Assembly: GCF_003018255.1 (NCBI RefSeq)
Contig: NZ_CP027440.1
DNA length: 64,000 nt
Source: Escherichia coli
GTDB lineage: Bacteria; Pseudomonadota; Gammaproteobacteria; Enterobacterales; Enterobacteriaceae
Reading direction: 5' to 3' (one strand)
Shown: piece by piece, positions 43,424-56,081 of the stretch
Layout: every line of letters starts with the position of its first letter
How positions within the stretch are numbered: position 1 is the stretch's first letter
The notes under the pieces: model-generated
What the model saw: the letters and a program-made list of their open reading frames with translations, nothing else
Database searches by the model: none
Told to the model about the DNA's origin: nothing
Translations under genes and position numbers: made by a program

Positions 43424-45493
43424 TTACTGTAACAGCGAAATATCCGCAACGCGCAGGAATAATTCGCGCAGTTTCTCCAGCATGGTAAGACGGTTGATTC
43501 GCAATTCTTTGTCATCAACCATGACCATCACTTTATCGAAGAAGGCATCAACCGGTTCACGCAATTCAGCCAGTTCGACCAGCGCGTCCTGGTAACGACC
43601 TTCAGCGAAGTACGGCTCCAGCTTGTCGCGCAGCACCACAACTTGCATCGCCAGTTTAATTTCTTCCGGCTCTTTCAGAGTAGAAGCATTCACGCGATCG
43701 CTCAGCACTTCGTCAGACTTCGCCAGAATGTTAGATACACGCTTGTTTGCCGCCGCCAGTGACGCTGCCGCATCCAGAGTACGGAAGTGCGATACCGCCT
43801 TCATACGGGCATCGAAATCTGCCGGACGAGTCGGACGACGCGCCAGTACCGCCTGGATGGTATCAACGGTGTAACCTTCGTCCTGATACCAGGCGCGGAA
43901 GCGACCGAGCATAAAGTCGATAACATCATCAACTACGTTGGTATTAGTCAGCTTATCGCCATACAGACGCACCGCTTCTTCGGTCAGCGTTTGCAGATCA
44001 AGGTTGAGGTTCTTCTCAACGATAATACGCAGCACGCCAAGTGCGGCACGACGCAACGCAAACGGGTCTTTGTCGCCTTTCGGATGCTGGCCGATACCGA
44101 AGATACCCGCCAGAGTATCCATCTTGTCAGCAATCGCCAGCGCACAGGCTACCGGGTTAGACGGCAGGTCATCACCGGCAAAGCGCGGCTGATACTGCTC
44201 GTTCAGCGCCACGGCAACATCTTCCGCTTCGCCATCGTGACGCGCGTAGTGCATCCCCATAACGCCCTGGGTGTCGGTGAACTCGAAGACCATGTTGGTC
44301 ATCAGGTCGCACTTGGACAGCAGGCCCGCACGGGTAGCGTGGTTAACGTCAGCGCCAATCTGTTCAGCAATCCAGCCAGCCAGCGCCTGGATGCGGTCAG
44401 TCTTGTCACGCAGCGTACCCAGCTGTTGCTGGAACAGCACGGTTTGCAGGCGCGGCAGGTTATCTTCCAGACGTTTTTTACGGTCGGTGTTGAAGAAGAA
44501 CTCGGCATCCGCCAGACGTGGACGAACGACTTTCTCGTTACCAGAGATAATTTGCTGCGGATCTTTCGATTCGATGTTGGCAACGAAGATAAAGTTCGGC
44601 AGCAGTTTGCCGTCGTTCGCATACACCGGGAAGTATTTCTGGTCACCTTTCATGGTGTAAACCAGCGCTTCAGACGGCACCGCGAGGAATTTCTCTTCGA
44701 ATTTTGCGGTCAGCACAACCGGCCATTCCACCAGCGAAGCGACTTCTTCCAACAGGCTTTCGCTTAAGTCAGCGTTACCGCCAATCTTACGCGCCGCTTC
44801 TTCGGCATCGGCTTTAATCTTCGCCTTACGTTCTTCGTAATCGGCGATGACTTTCCCGCGCTCACGCAGAATTTCCGGATACTGATCAGCATTGTCGATA
44901 GTGAATTCCGGCTCGCCCATAAAGCGGTGGCCGCGAATCACGCGATCGGACTGAATGCCCAGAATGGTAGCCGGAATAACTTTGTCGCCCAGCAGCAGGG
45001 TCACGGTGTGCACCGGACGCACGAAGTGCACGTCGCTTGCACCCCAACGCATCAGTTTCGGGATCGGCAGTTTCGCCAGCGAAGTCGCAACCATATTCGG
45101 CAGCAGTGCTTCAGTGCTTTCGCCCTTCACGTGGGCGCGATACAGCAGCCATTCGCCTTTATCGGTAGTCAGACGCTCAGCCTGGTCAACGGTAATACCG
45201 CAACCACGCGCCCAGCCTTCTGCCGCTTTGCTCGGTTTGCCTTCAGCGTCGAACGCCTGGGCAATCGCCGGGCCGCGTTTTTCGATTTCACGATCCGGTT
45301 GCGCTTCCGCCAGGTTAGCTACTTTAAGCGCCAGACGACGCGGAGCAGCAAACCATTGAACGGTGCCGTGTGCGAGGCCAGCGTTATCCAGCTCCGCAGT
45401 AAAGTTCGCAGCAAAGGACTCAGCCAGGCTGCGCAGTGCTTTTGGTGGCAGCTCTTCAGTGCCGATTTCCACCAGAAAAGTTTTCTCAGACAT
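43424..45493 (-). CDS. glyS: glycine--tRNA ligase beta subunit
   Basis: 689-aa [34 protein letters not shown]..., matching recalled GlyS. Confidence 0.96.
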   Translation of the reverse strand: MSEKTFLVEIGTEELPPKALRSLAESFAANFTAELDNAGLAHGTVQWFAAPRRLALKVANLAEAQPDREIEKRGPAIAQAFDAEGKPSKAAEGWARGCGITVDQAERLTTDKGEWLLYRAHVKGESTEALLPNMVATSLAKLPIPKLMRWGASDVHFVRPVHTVTLLLGDKVIPATILGIQSDRVIRGHRFMGEPEFTIDNADQYPEILRERGKVIADYEERKAKIKADAEEAARKIGGNADLSESLLEEVASLVEWPVVLTAKFEEKFLAVPSEALVYTMKGDQKYFPVYANDGKLLPNFIFVANIESKDPQQIISGNEKVVRPRLADAEFFFNTDRKKRLEDNLPRLQTVLFQQQLGTLRDKTDRIQALAGWIAEQIGADVNHATRAGLLSKCDLMTNMVFEFTDTQGVMGMHYARHDGEAEDVAVALNEQYQPRFAGDDLPSNPVACALAIADKMDTLAGIFGIGQHPKGDKDPFALRRAALGVLRIIVEKNLNLDLQTLTEEAVRLYGDKLTNTNVVDDVIDFMLGRFRAWYQDEGYTVDTIQAVLARRPTRPADFDARMKAVSHFRTLDAAASLAAANKRVSNILAKSDEVLSDRVNASTLKEPEEIKLAMQVVVLRDKLEPYFAEGRYQDALVELAELREPVDAFFDKVMVMVDDKELRINRLTMLEKLRELFLRVADISLLQ

Positions 45494-45502
45494 AGCCGCC
45501 TC

Positions 45503-46414
45503 TTACTTATCTTTGTTGCACATCGGGAAGCCGAGGGCTTCACGGGAAGCGTAGTATGCTTCTGCCACTGCTTTGGTCAGGGTGCGAATGCGCAGAATAT
45601 AGCGCTGACGCTCGGTGACGGAGATGGCTTTACGCGCATCCAGCAGGTTGAAGCTGTGGGCGGCTTTCAGAATACGCTCGTAGGCTGGCAGCGGCAGCGG
45701 ATTTTCCAGCGCCAGCAGCTGCTGCGCTTCTTTCTCGTACTGCTCAAAGCAGGTGAACAGGAAGTCCACATCCGCGTATTCGAAGTTGTAAGTGGACTGC
45801 TCCACTTCGTTCTGATGGAACACGTCGCCATAGGTGGTTTTACCCAGCGGGCCGTCGCTCCAGACCAGGTCGTAAACGCTGTCTACGCCCTGAATGTACA
45901 TTGCCAGACGTTCCAGACCGTAGGTGATCTCGCCGGTAACCGGTTTACACTCCAGACCACCAACCTGCTGGAAGTAAGTGAACTGCGTCACTTCCATGCC
46001 GTTCAGCCACACTTCCCAGCCCAGCCCCCAGGCACCCAGCGTCGGGTTTTCCCAGTTATCTTCCACGAAACGGATGTCGTGGATGGTCGGGTCCATGCCC
46101 AGCTCTTTCAGAGAACCAAGGTACAGCTCCTGAATATTGTCCGGCGATGGCTTAATGACCACCTGGAACTGATAGTAGTGCTGTAAACGGTTGGGGTTTT
46201 CGCCGTAGCGACCATCGGTCGGGCGACGAGAAGGCTGAACATAAGCAGCCGCCATCGGTTCTGGCCCCAGCGCGCGCAGACAGGTCATTGGGTGAGAGGT
46301 TCCCGCGCCGACTTCCATGTCCAATGGTTGAACAATGGTGCAGCCCTGGCGAGCCCAGTAATCCTGTAAGGTCAGGATCAAGCCCTGGAAGGTCCTGGTA
46401 TCAAACTTTTGCAT
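45503..46414 (-). CDS. glyQ: glycine--tRNA ligase alpha subunit
   Basis: 303-aa [47 protein letters not shown]..., matching recalled GlyQ. Confidence 0.96.
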
Positions 46415-46508
46415 ATTATTTCGTGCTGGATACGTGTGGATTTAAAGGAAGGGATCAGTATACCCGCTGGATGGAAGATATACAGTACGAAACGGGAAAA
46501 AGCAGGGC

Positions 46509-46817
46509 TTAACGCATGGAAAGATGCAAAAAATGGCCATCTGCGTCAAAAGAACAGACAAACTGCTCTTTACGGAAGGTATAACCGCGCATTTCGTAGC
46601 TTCCCTGGAACTGTTCAAATGCGGTGACGTCGATTTTTTGCTCGCCGGTGTTATAACGTTTCGCCGCCTGATCCTTGCATAACGCTTCCATATTCAACGA
46701 ACGCAGAGGATCAACCTTTACCCGTTGTGCTTTCTGCACGGGTGGCGGTGTAGAACAACCCACTAGCGCCATAAGCACCATAAGCGCCATTGCCGGAAAG
46801 AAAGAGTTCATCATCAT
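46509..46817 (-). CDS. ysaB: lipoprotein YsaB
   Basis: ORF about 100 aa with signal peptide and lipobox (MALVGCS); exact start among the MMM codons uncertain. Confidence 0.8.
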   Translation of the reverse strand: MMMNSFFPAMALMVLMALVGCSTPPPVQKAQRVKVDPLRSLNMEALCKDQAAKRYNTGEQKIDVTAFEQFQGSYEMRGYTFRKEQFVCSFDADGHFLHLSMR

Positions 46818-46990
46818 TAAATTACCGTCTGGTTTGCAGGTGAGTCTTATTATTTATATCGGTATAGTGGCTGATATCTTACGAATTTCCTTAAGCCTCT
46901 ATAAGCTGTAGTGATAAAACTCAGATTATTCCAGTGCGCCAACCGAATGATTTATCGGTCAGACTTTTTTAACCAGATACAGAGACACAG

Positions 46991-47986
46991 ATGCAGCCCA
47001 AAATTTACTGGATTGATAACCTGCGAGGGATAGCGTGTTTAATGGTGGTGATGATTCACACCACTACCTGGTATGTGACCAATGCTCATAGTGTTAGCCC
47101 CGTCACCTGGGATATCGCCAATGTTCTGAATTCTGCCTCTCGTGTCAGCGTGCCGCTATTTTTCATGATTTCCGGCTATCTCTTTTTTGGCGAACGCAGC
47201 GCCCAGCCGCGCCATTTCTTGCGTATCGGCTTATGTCTGCTTTTTTATAGCGCAATCGCACTGCTCTACATTGCGCTGTTTACCTCCATCAATGTGGAGT
47301 TAGCGCTGAAAAACCTGCTGCAAAAGCCAGTGTTTTACCACTTATGGTTTTTCTTCGCGATTGCGGTGATTTATCTGGTTTCACCGCTGATTCAGGTGAA
47401 GAACGTCGGCGGAAAAATGTTGCTGGTGCTAATGGTGGTGATTGGTATTATCGCTAACCCAAACACAGTGCCGCAGAAAATTGACGGTTTTGAATGGCTG
47501 CCAATTAACTTATATATCAATGGCGATACTTTTTACTACATCCTGTATGGCATGTTGGGCCGCGCTATAGGGATGATGGACACACAGCATAAAGCACTGT
47601 CGTGGGTGTGCGCAGCACTGTTTGCGACGGGGGTTTTTATTATCTCTCGCGGGACATTATATGAATTGCAGTGGCGCGGAAATTTTGCCGATACCTGGTA
47701 TCTTTACTGTGGGCCGATGGTTTTTATCTGCGCAATCACGCTATTGACTCTGGTTAAAAACACGCTTGATACGCGTACCGTTCGCGGACTTGGCTTAATC
47801 TCCCGCCATTCGTTGGGCATATACGGGTTCCACGCCTTGATTATCCATGCACTGCGCACCCGGGGGATTGAGCTTAAAAACTGGCCAATACTCGATATTA
47901 TTTGGATCTTTTGCGCGACGTTGGCAGCGAGTTTGTTACTTTCTATGCTGGTACAACGAATCGACAGAAACAGACTAGTGAGTTAA
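46991..47986 (+). CDS. wecH: enterobacterial common antigen O-acetyltransferase WecH (YiaH)
   Basis: 331-aa multi-TM acyltransferase-3-family [28 protein letters not shown].... Confidence 0.88.
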   Translation: MQPKIYWIDNLRGIACLMVVMIHTTTWYVTNAHSVSPVTWDIANVLNSASRVSVPLFFMISGYLFFGERSAQPRHFLRIGLCLLFYSAIALLYIALFTSINVELALKNLLQKPVFYHLWFFFAIAVIYLVSPLIQVKNVGGKMLLVLMVVIGIIANPNTVPQKIDGFEWLPINLYINGDTFYYILYGMLGRAIGMMDTQHKALSWVCAALFATGVFIISRGTLYELQWRGNFADTWYLYCGPMVFICAITLLTLVKNTLDTRTVRGLGLISRHSLGIYGFHALIIHALRTRGIELKNWPILDIIWIFCATLAASLLLSMLVQRIDRNRLVS

Positions 47987-47990
47987 GTAA

Positions 47991-48020
47991 AAGCCCGGTC
48001 ACATTGGACTGACCGGGCTT
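47991..48020. terminator. bidirectional terminator between wecH and yiaA
   Basis: AAGCCCGGTCACATTGGACTGACCGGGCTT perfect inverted repeat. Confidence 0.55.
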
Positions 48021-48027
48021 ATGTGAA

Positions 48028-48468
48028 TTATTCGCTGTATTCTTCCTGGGTAACCTGTGTTTCTTTTGGTGGGTTTATTCCGGCATCACGAATATTCTTC
48101 TGCACCGCTACTGCACCAAACAAGCTTAAGAAGAAAGCCAGTCCATAAAAACCTTTCTCGCTGAGTAATAACGTTGCATTCCACAGACCTACCATCAGTA
48201 ACGCAACAGAGATAATAAAGACAGTCAGGCAGGTCATATAATAAATGGAGGTGGTCGGTATGCCTTCATACTTGTCCCGAACGGTCTTTTGATAAGACGC
48301 CGCAGAAAACAGTCCTAATACCAGTACGGCAAAATAATATCCTTTTTCATTTAACTGCATCTCTGCATTCCATAGCCCTAACAGATAGGTAACGATACCA
48401 CCAACGAGAGCTATCCATGACACAATACTGAATGCCGGAGAATAGGTTGATATTTTGTTGTCCATCAC
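48028..48468 (-). CDS. yiaA: inner membrane protein YiaA
   Basis: 146-aa ORF with 4 predicted TM helices; paralogous to the adjacent yiaB. Confidence 0.85.
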
Positions 48469-48509
48469 AGTATTCCTTCATTCCTGAATGTGTAAGAGCT
48501 TTATGTTGC

Positions 48510-48851
48510 TCATGCCGAGCGAAACAAACGCATTTGACCAAACAAGCAGACAAAAAAGGCGATAGGGTAGATCACCATTTCATAAGCATTGATAGGTGCG
48601 TTTAAAACACCGATAAACAAGAGACCGATAGTGATTAACGCAACTAACTGGCAGATATGGGTAAAAAAATTATCCAGTTGCCCGAGTTTTTCTGCGCGAA
48701 GATATGCATAGTTGCCAAAAGTTGCTGTCATTAATATGCCAAGAAAATAGCCTTTTCCACTTAACAATGGGCATGAGATCCATAGCCCAACCAGATAAAC
48801 CAGCGCCCCGACAACAAATAATAGTTTTGCCACAGTCTTTGAGGTTTTCAT
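48510..48851 (-). CDS. yiaB: inner membrane protein YiaB
   Basis: ORF 48510..48893; internal start MKTSKTVAKLLFVVGALVYLVGLW (ATG at 48849..48851) gives 113 aa. Confidence 0.82.
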   Translation of the reverse strand: MKTSKTVAKLLFVVGALVYLVGLWISCPLLSGKGYFLGILMTATFGNYAYLRAEKLGQLDNFFTHICQLVALITIGLLFIGVLNAPINAYEMVIYPIAFFVCLFGQMRLFRSA

Positions 48852-49019
48852 AACGATCTCCATATCTACCAGCGATACATTACGAGTAACCAACGAAAGA
48901 CAAAACTGAAAAATGCCATTAACAAATGATTTTCAGAATAAATTCATACTAAATATTAATTAATTACTGAGATATATAGATGTGAATTATCCCCCACCCG
49001 GTCAGGCAGAGGATAACGT

Positions 49020-50474
49020 TTACGCCATTAATGGCAGAAGTTGCTGATAGAGGCGACGGAACGTTTCTCGTCGTGGCTGATAAGCGGCATAACGCTGCGC
49101 ATCTGGTAGATGCGACTGTTCTAACGGTAACTGCGGCAACAACTCAATGAGCGATTTCTCTGGATTCGCCGCAATCTGCGCCAGCCTTGCTGCGCCCAGT
49201 GCTGGCCCCACATCCCCCCCCGTACGGTAATCGAGCTGCTGACCGCTGATATCCGCCAGCATTTGACGCCAGTACTCACTACGCGCCCCGCCACCAATCA
49301 ACGTAACACTTTGCGGTTTAATGCCGCAGGCATGCACGACATCCATGCCATCTGCCAGCGCATAACCCACGCCTTCCAGCACTGCTCGCGCCAGTTCATT
49401 GGGGCCATGTTGATGAGTCAAACCAAAGAAAACCCCCTTCGCCTGGGGATTATTGTGTGGCGTACGCTCGCCGGAAAGATAAGGCAGAAACCAAACTGGC
49501 TCGGCACTTTCATCAGCCTGTTGAGCTGCAGCGATTAAAGCTGGGACATTGCTCAGGCCGGTTAATTTCGCGGCCCAATCCAGACACGACGCTGCACTCA
49601 GCATTACAGACATTAAATGCCAACGCTGCGGTAGCGCATGGCAAAAGCTGTGTACGGCGCTTTCTGGCTTGCTTAAAAACCCTTCGCTGACAGCAAAATA
49701 GACCCCCGACGTCCCCAGCGATAACATTGCCTGATTAGCATCAACCATTCCTACACCAACCGCACCAGCTGCATTATCACCACCGCCTGCGACAACTGGC
49801 ACCGCCGCCATACTCCACGCTTTCGCAACTTCAGGTAGCAAAGCACCAGTAATTTCGCTGCCTTCGTATAATGCGGGCATCTGGTCACGAGATAAGTGGC
49901 AAGCCTGCAGCATGTCGTCACTCCAGTCACGCTTTGCGACATCCAGCCACATGGTGCCAGCTGCGTCAGACATATCGCTGGCAAACTCCCCCGTCATACG
50001 CAGACGCAAGTAATCTTTCGGTAATAATACTTTGTCGATTTGACGGAATATCTCCGGCTCATGCCGCTGAACCCATAGCAATTTAGGCGCAGTAAATCCG
50101 GGCATCATCAGGTTACCGGTAATCACCCGTGATTGCGGAACTCGCGCTTCCAGCAAAGTGCACTCTTGCGCACAGCGCCCGTCGTTCCACAAAATGGCAG
50201 GGCGTAATACCCGTTGCTGGGCATCCAGTAAGGTTGCACCGTGCATCTGGCCGGCAATACCCAATGCTTTAACGTCCTGCAGAGAATGCTGATCGCCCAG
50301 AGCTTTCATTGCGCGGTCAGTTGCCTGCCACCACTGTTCCGGGTCTTGTTCCGACCAGAGTGGATGCGGGCGCGAAACGGTCAGCTTTTCCGTTTGCGAA
50401 GCAACCACCTCACCCTGCTCGTTGAGCAAAATAACTTTTACGCCCGAGGTGCCAAGATCTATCCCGATATACAT
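49020..50474 (-). CDS. xylB: xylulokinase
   Basis: 484-aa ORF MYIGIDLGTSGVKVILLNEQGEVVASQTEKLTVSRPHPLWSEQDP... (FGGY kinase). Confidence 0.95.
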   Translation of the reverse strand: MYIGIDLGTSGVKVILLNEQGEVVASQTEKLTVSRPHPLWSEQDPEQWWQATDRAMKALGDQHSLQDVKALGIAGQMHGATLLDAQQRVLRPAILWNDGRCAQECTLLEARVPQSRVITGNLMMPGFTAPKLLWVQRHEPEIFRQIDKVLLPKDYLRLRMTGEFASDMSDAAGTMWLDVAKRDWSDDMLQACHLSRDQMPALYEGSEITGALLPEVAKAWSMAAVPVVAGGGDNAAGAVGVGMVDANQAMLSLGTSGVYFAVSEGFLSKPESAVHSFCHALPQRWHLMSVMLSAASCLDWAAKLTGLSNVPALIAAAQQADESAEPVWFLPYLSGERTPHNNPQAKGVFFGLTHQHGPNELARAVLEGVGYALADGMDVVHACGIKPQSVTLIGGGARSEYWRQMLADISGQQLDYRTGGDVGPALGAARLAQIAANPEKSLIELLPQLPLEQSHLPDAQRYAAYQPRRETFRRLYQQLLPLMA

Positions 50475-50545
50475 ATCGATCGTTCCTTAAAAAAATGCCC
50501 GGTATCGCTACCGATAACCGGGCCAACGGACTGCACAGTTAGCCG

Positions 50546-51868
50546 TTATTTGTCGAACAGATAATGATTTACCAGATTTTCCAGTTGCTCCTGGCGACCA
50601 CTCTGATGCACCGGAGACAAATTGTGTTCCTGAGCATATTTGGCTAAATCTGCCAGTGACATTTGGCCTTTCAGGATTTGCTGGCCTAATTCGCTATTCC
50701 AGCCGGAATAACGCTGCGCGATGCGTTTATCCAGCTCGCCATCTTCAATCATGCGTGCTGCAATTTTCAGCGCCAACGCCATCGTATCCATCGCGCCGAT
50801 ATGACCGTAAAACAGATCATATTTATCAGTACTTTGACGACGTACTTTGGCATCGAAGTTCAGACCGCCAGTGGTGAAACCGCCTGCTTTGAGAATTTCA
50901 TACATCACCAGCGCATTCTCTTCCACACTGTTCGGGAACTGGTCGGTGTCCCAGCCCAGTTGTGCATCGCCACGGTTGGCGTCGACAGAACCGAACAGGC
51001 CAAGCGCAATGGCGGTGGCTATTTCATGATGGAAAGAGTGACCTGCCAGCGTCGCGTGGTTAGCTTCAATATTCAGTTTAATCTCTTTTTCCAGACCAAA
51101 CTGTTTCAGGAAGCCATAGACCGTCGCAGCATCGTAATCATATTGATGTTTGGTCGGTTCTTGCGGTTTCGGTTCGATAAGCAACGTGCCCTGGAAACCG
51201 ATTTTATGTTTATGCTCAACCACCATCTGCATAAAGCGGCCCAGCTGTTCACGCTCCTGGCGCAAGTCGGTATTTAACAGCGTTTCGTAACCTTCACGAC
51301 CACCCCACAGGACATAGTTTTCACCGCCCAATTTATGGGTTGCTTCCATCGCTGTAACAACTTGCGTTGCCGCCCAACTGAAGACTTCAGGATCTGGGTT
51401 CGTCGCCGCACCCGCGCCATAGCGAGGGTTTGTAAAGCAGTTAGCAGTTCCCCACAGCAGCTTCACGCCGCTCTCTTCTTGCTTGCCTGCCAGGACATCA
51501 ACCATTTGCGCAAAATTATTGATGTACTCTTTTAACGACGCGCCCTCAGGGGAAACATCCACATCGTGGAAGCAATAAAATGGCACATGTAACTTGTGGA
51601 AAAACTCAAATGCGACATCTGCTTTACGCTTCGCCAACGCCAGTGCCTCACCAGGCTGCTGCCACGGACGATTAAACGCTCCCACACCAAACATATCCGC
51701 CCCGTTCCAGCAGAAGGTGTGCCAGTAGCAGGCGGCAAAACGCAAGTGCTCTTCCATACGCTTGCCCAACACCAGTTCGTCGGGATTGTAGTGACGGAAT
51801 GCTAACGGGTTTGAGGATTTTGAGCCTTCATAACGAACGCGATCGAGCTGGTCAAAATAGGCTTGCAT
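50546..51868 (-). CDS. xylA: xylose isomerase
   Basis: ORF 50546..51880; ATG at 51866..51868 gives [28 protein letters not shown]... (440 aa). Confidence 0.95.
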
Positions 51869-52233
51869 ATTGAACTCCATAATCAGGTAATGCCGCGGGT
51901 GATGGATGATGTCGTAATATTGGGCACTCCCTTTCAGTTGCTCAATTATGTTATTTCACACTGCTATTGAGATAATTCACAAGTGTGCGCTCGCTCGCAA
52001 AATAAAATGGGATGATGAAACTGGGTAATTCCTCGAAGAGAAAAATGCAATAAGTACAATTGCGCAACAAAAGTAAGATCTCGGTCATAAATCAAGAAAT
52101 AAACCAAAAATCGTAATCGAAAGATAAAAATCTGTAATTGTTTTCCCCTGTTTAGTTGCTAAAAATTGGTTACGTTTATCGCGGTGATTGTTACTTATTA
52201 AAGCTGTCCTCTAACTACAGAAGGCCCTACACC
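51869..52233. promoter_or_regulatory. divergent xylAB / xylFGH control region (XylR and CRP dependent)
   Basis: 365-bp AT-rich intergenic region between the divergent xylA and xylF starts; individual sites not resolved. Confidence 0.55.
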
Positions 52234-53226
52234 ATGAAAATAAAGAACATTCTACTCACCCTTTGCACCTCACTTCTGCTTACCAACGTTGCGGCACACG
52301 CCAAAGAAGTCAAAATAGGTATGGCGATTGATGATCTCCGTCTTGAACGCTGGCAAAAAGATCGAGATATTTTTGTGAAAAAAGCAGAATCTCTCGGCGC
52401 GAAAGTATTTGTACAGTCTGCAAATGGCAATGAAGAAACACAAATGTCGCAGATTGAAAACATGATTAACCGGGGTGTCGATGTTCTTGTCATTATTCCT
52501 TATAACGGTCAGGTATTAAGTAACGTTGTAAAAGAAGCCAAACAAGAAGGTATTAAAGTATTAGCTTACGACCGTATGATTAACGATGCGGATATCGATT
52601 TTTATATTTCTTTCGATAACGAAAAAGTCGGTGAACTGCAGGCAAAAGCCCTGGTCGATATTGTTCCGCAAGGTAATTACTTCCTGATGGGCGGCTCGCC
52701 GGTAGATAACAACGCTAAGCTGTTCCGCGCCGGACAAATGAAAGTGTTAAAACCTTACGTTGATTCTGGAAAAATTAAAGTCGTTGGTGACCAATGGGTT
52801 GATGGCTGGTTACCGGAAAACGCATTGAAAATTATGGAAAACGCGCTAACCGCCAATAATAACAAAATTGATGCTGTAGTTGCCTCAAACGATGCCACCG
52901 CAGGTGGGGCAATTCAGGCATTAAGCGCGCAAGGTTTATCAGGGAAAGTAGCAATTTCCGGCCAGGATGCGGATCTCGCAGGTATTAAACGTATTGCTGC
53001 CGGTACGCAAACTATGACGGTGTATAAACCTATTACGTTGTTGGCAAATACTGCCGCAGAAATTGCCGTTGAGTTGGGCAATGGTCAGGAACCAAAAGCA
53101 GATACCACACTGAATAATGGCCTGAAAGATGTTCCCTCCCGCCTGCTGACACCGATCGATGTGAATAAAAACAACATCAAAGACACGGTAGTTAAAGACG
53201 GATTCCACAAAGAGAGCGAGCTGTAA
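52234..53226 (+). CDS. xylF: D-xylose ABC transporter periplasmic binding protein
   Basis: ORF 52156..53226; ATG at 52234 gives MKIKNILLTLCTSLLLTNVAAHAKEVKIGMAIDD... (330 aa). Confidence 0.94.
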   Translation: MKIKNILLTLCTSLLLTNVAAHAKEVKIGMAIDDLRLERWQKDRDIFVKKAESLGAKVFVQSANGNEETQMSQIENMINRGVDVLVIIPYNGQVLSNVVKEAKQEGIKVLAYDRMINDADIDFYISFDNEKVGELQAKALVDIVPQGNYFLMGGSPVDNNAKLFRAGQMKVLKPYVDSGKIKVVGDQWVDGWLPENALKIMENALTANNNKIDAVVASNDATAGGAIQALSAQGLSGKVAISGQDADLAGIKRIAAGTQTMTVYKPITLLANTAAEIAVELGNGQEPKADTTLNNGLKDVPSRLLTPIDVNKNNIKDTVVKDGFHKESEL

Positions 53227-53303
53227 GCGTTACGCCCCGGCGAGGAGCGGGGGCGTGATTTCTCTCCATGCCGTGTGAATTAATTGGCTTAGGTGGAGTC
53301 GTT

Positions 53304-54845
53304 ATGCCTTATCTACTTGAAATGAAGAACATTACCAAAACCTTCGGCAGTGTGAAGGCGATTGATAACGTCAGCTTGCGGTTGAATGCTGGCGAAATCG
53401 TCTCACTCTGTGGGGAAAATGGGTCTGGTAAATCAACGCTGATGAAAGTGCTGTGTGGTATTTATCCCCATGGTTCCTACGAAGGCGAAATTATTTTTGC
53501 GGGAGAAGAGATTCAGGCGAGTCACATCCGCGATACCGAACGCAAAGGTATCGCCATCATTCACCAGGAATTGGCCCTGGTGAAAGAATTGACCGTGCTG
53601 GAAAATATCTTCCTGGGTAACGAAATAACCCATAATGGCATTATGGATTATGATCTGATGACGCTACGCTGTCAGAAGCTGCTCGCACAGGTCAGTTTAT
53701 CCATTTCACCTGATACCCGCGTTGGCGATTTAGGACTTGGGCAACAACAACTGGTTGAAATTGCCAAGGCACTTAATAAACAGGTGCGTTTGTTAATTCT
53801 CGATGAGCCGACAGCCTCATTAACTGAGCAGGAAACGTCGGTTTTACTGGATATTATTCGCGATCTACAACAGCACGGTATCGCCTGTATTTATATTTCG
53901 CACAAACTCAACGAAGTCAAAGCGATTTCCGATACGATTTGCGTTATTCGCGACGGTCAGCACATTGGCACGCGTGATGCTGCTGGAATGAGTGAAGACG
54001 ATATTATCACCATGATGGTCGGACGAGAGTTAACCGCGCTTTACCCTAATGAACCACATACCACCGGAGATGAAATATTACGTATTGAACATCTGACGGC
54101 ATGGCATCCGGTTAATCGTCATATTAAACGAGTTAATGATGTCTCGTTTTCCCTGAAACGTGGCGAAATACTGGGTATCGCCGGACTCGTTGGTGCCGGA
54201 CGTACCGAGACTATTCAGTGCCTGTTTGGTGTGTGGCCCGGACAATGGGAAGGGAAAATTTATATTGATGGCAAACAGGTAGATATTCGTAACTGTCAGC
54301 AAGCCATCGCCCAGGGGATTGCGATGGTACCCGAAGACAGAAAGCGCGACGGCATCGTTCCGGTAATGGCGGTTGGTAAAAATATTACCCTCGCCGCACT
54401 CAAAAAATTTACCGGTGGCATTAGCCAGCTTGATGACGCGGCAGAGCAAAAATGTATTCTGGAATCAATCCAGCAACTCAAAGTTAAAACGTCGTCCCCC
54501 GACCTTGCTATTGGACGTTTGAGCGGCGGCAATCAGCAAAAAGCGATCCTCGCTCGCTGTCTGTTACTTAACCCGCGCATTCTCATTCTTGATGAACCCA
54601 CCAGGGGTATCGATATTGGCGCGAAATACGAGATCTACAAATTAATTAACCAACTCGTCCAGCAGGGTATTGCCGTTATTGTCATCTCTTCCGAATTACC
54701 TGAAGTGCTCGGCCTTAGCGATCGTGTACTGGTGATGCATGAAGGGAAACTAAAAGCCAACCTGATAAATCATAACCTGACTCAGGAGCAGGTGATGGAA
54801 GCCGCATTGAGGAGCGAACATCATGTCGAAAAGCAATCCGTCTGA
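53304..54845 (+). CDS. xylG: D-xylose ABC transporter ATP-binding protein (duplicated ABC domains)
   Basis: ORF 53268..54845; ATG at 53304 gives [25 protein letters not shown]... (513 aa); two Walker A motifs. Confidence 0.94.
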
Positions 54846-56004
54846 AGTGAAATTAGCCGTACCGACATCCGGTGGCTTTTCCGGGCTGAAATCACTGAAT
54901 TTGCAGGTCTTCGTGATGATTGCAGCTATCATCGCAATCATGCTGTTCTTTACCTGGACCACCGATGGTGCCTACTTAAGCGCCCGTAACGTCTCCAACC
55001 TGTTACGCCAAACCGCGATTACCGGCATCCTCGCGGTAGGAATGGTGTTCGTCATAATTTCTGCTGAAATCGACCTTTCCGTCGGCTCAATGATGGGGCT
55101 GTTAGGTGGCGTCGCGGCGATTTGTGACGTCTGGCTAGGCTGGCCTTTGCCACTTACCATCATTGTAACGCTGGTTCTGGGATTGCTTCTCGGTGCCTGG
55201 AACGGATGGTGGGTCGCGTACCGCAAAGTCCCTTCATTTATTGTCACCCTCGCGGGCATGTTGGCATTTCGCGGCATACTCATTGGCATCACCAACGGCA
55301 CGACCGTATCCCCCACCAGCGCCGCGATGTCACAAATTGGGCAAAGCTATCTACCTGCCAGCACTGGCTTCATCATTGGCGCGCTTGGCTTAATGGCTTT
55401 TGTTGGCTGGCAATGGCGCGGAAGAATGCGCCGTCAGGCTTTGGGTTTGCAATCTCCCGCCTCTACCGCAGTAGTTGGTCGCCAGGCTTTAACCGCTATC
55501 ATCGTATTAGGCGCAATCTGGCTGTTGAATGATTACCGTGGCGTTCCCACTCCTGTTCTGCTGCTGACGTTGCTGTTACTCGGCGGAATGTTTATGGCAA
55601 CGCGGACAGCATTTGGACGACGCATTTATGCCATCGGCGGCAATCTGGAAGCGGCACGTCTCTCCGGGATTAACGTTGAACGCACCAAACTTGCCGTGTT
55701 CGCGATTAACGGATTAATGGTAGCCATCGCCGGATTAATCCTCAGTTCTCGACTTGGCGCTGGTTCACCTTCTGCGGGGAATATCGCCGAGCTGGACGCA
55801 ATTGCAGCATGTGTGATTGGCGGCACCAGTCTGGCAGGCGGCGTCGGGAGCGTGGCTGGAGCGGTAATGGGGGCATTCATCATGGCTTCACTGGATAACG
55901 GCATGAGTATGATGGATGTACCGACCTTCTGGCAGTATATCGTTAAAGGTGCGATTCTGTTGCTGGCTGTATGGATGGACTCCGCAACCAAACGCCGTTC
56001 TTGA
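54823..56004 (+). CDS. xylH: D-xylose ABC transporter permease
   Basis: 393-aa multi-[41 protein letters not shown]...; overlaps the xylG 3' end by 23 nt. Confidence 0.93.
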
Positions 56005-56081
56005 TTTTGATAAAAATTTTCTCAAAGCCGGTAACGTATTACCGGTTTTGAGTTTTTGCATGATTCAGCAGGAAAAGAACC

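Noticed and set aside
43787-46186. 326-aa and 419-aa plus-strand ORFs antisense to glyS/glyQ
   Set aside because: They lie opposite highly conserved aminoacyl-tRNA synthetase genes; long antisense ORFs are expected by chance in such GC-rich coding sequence.
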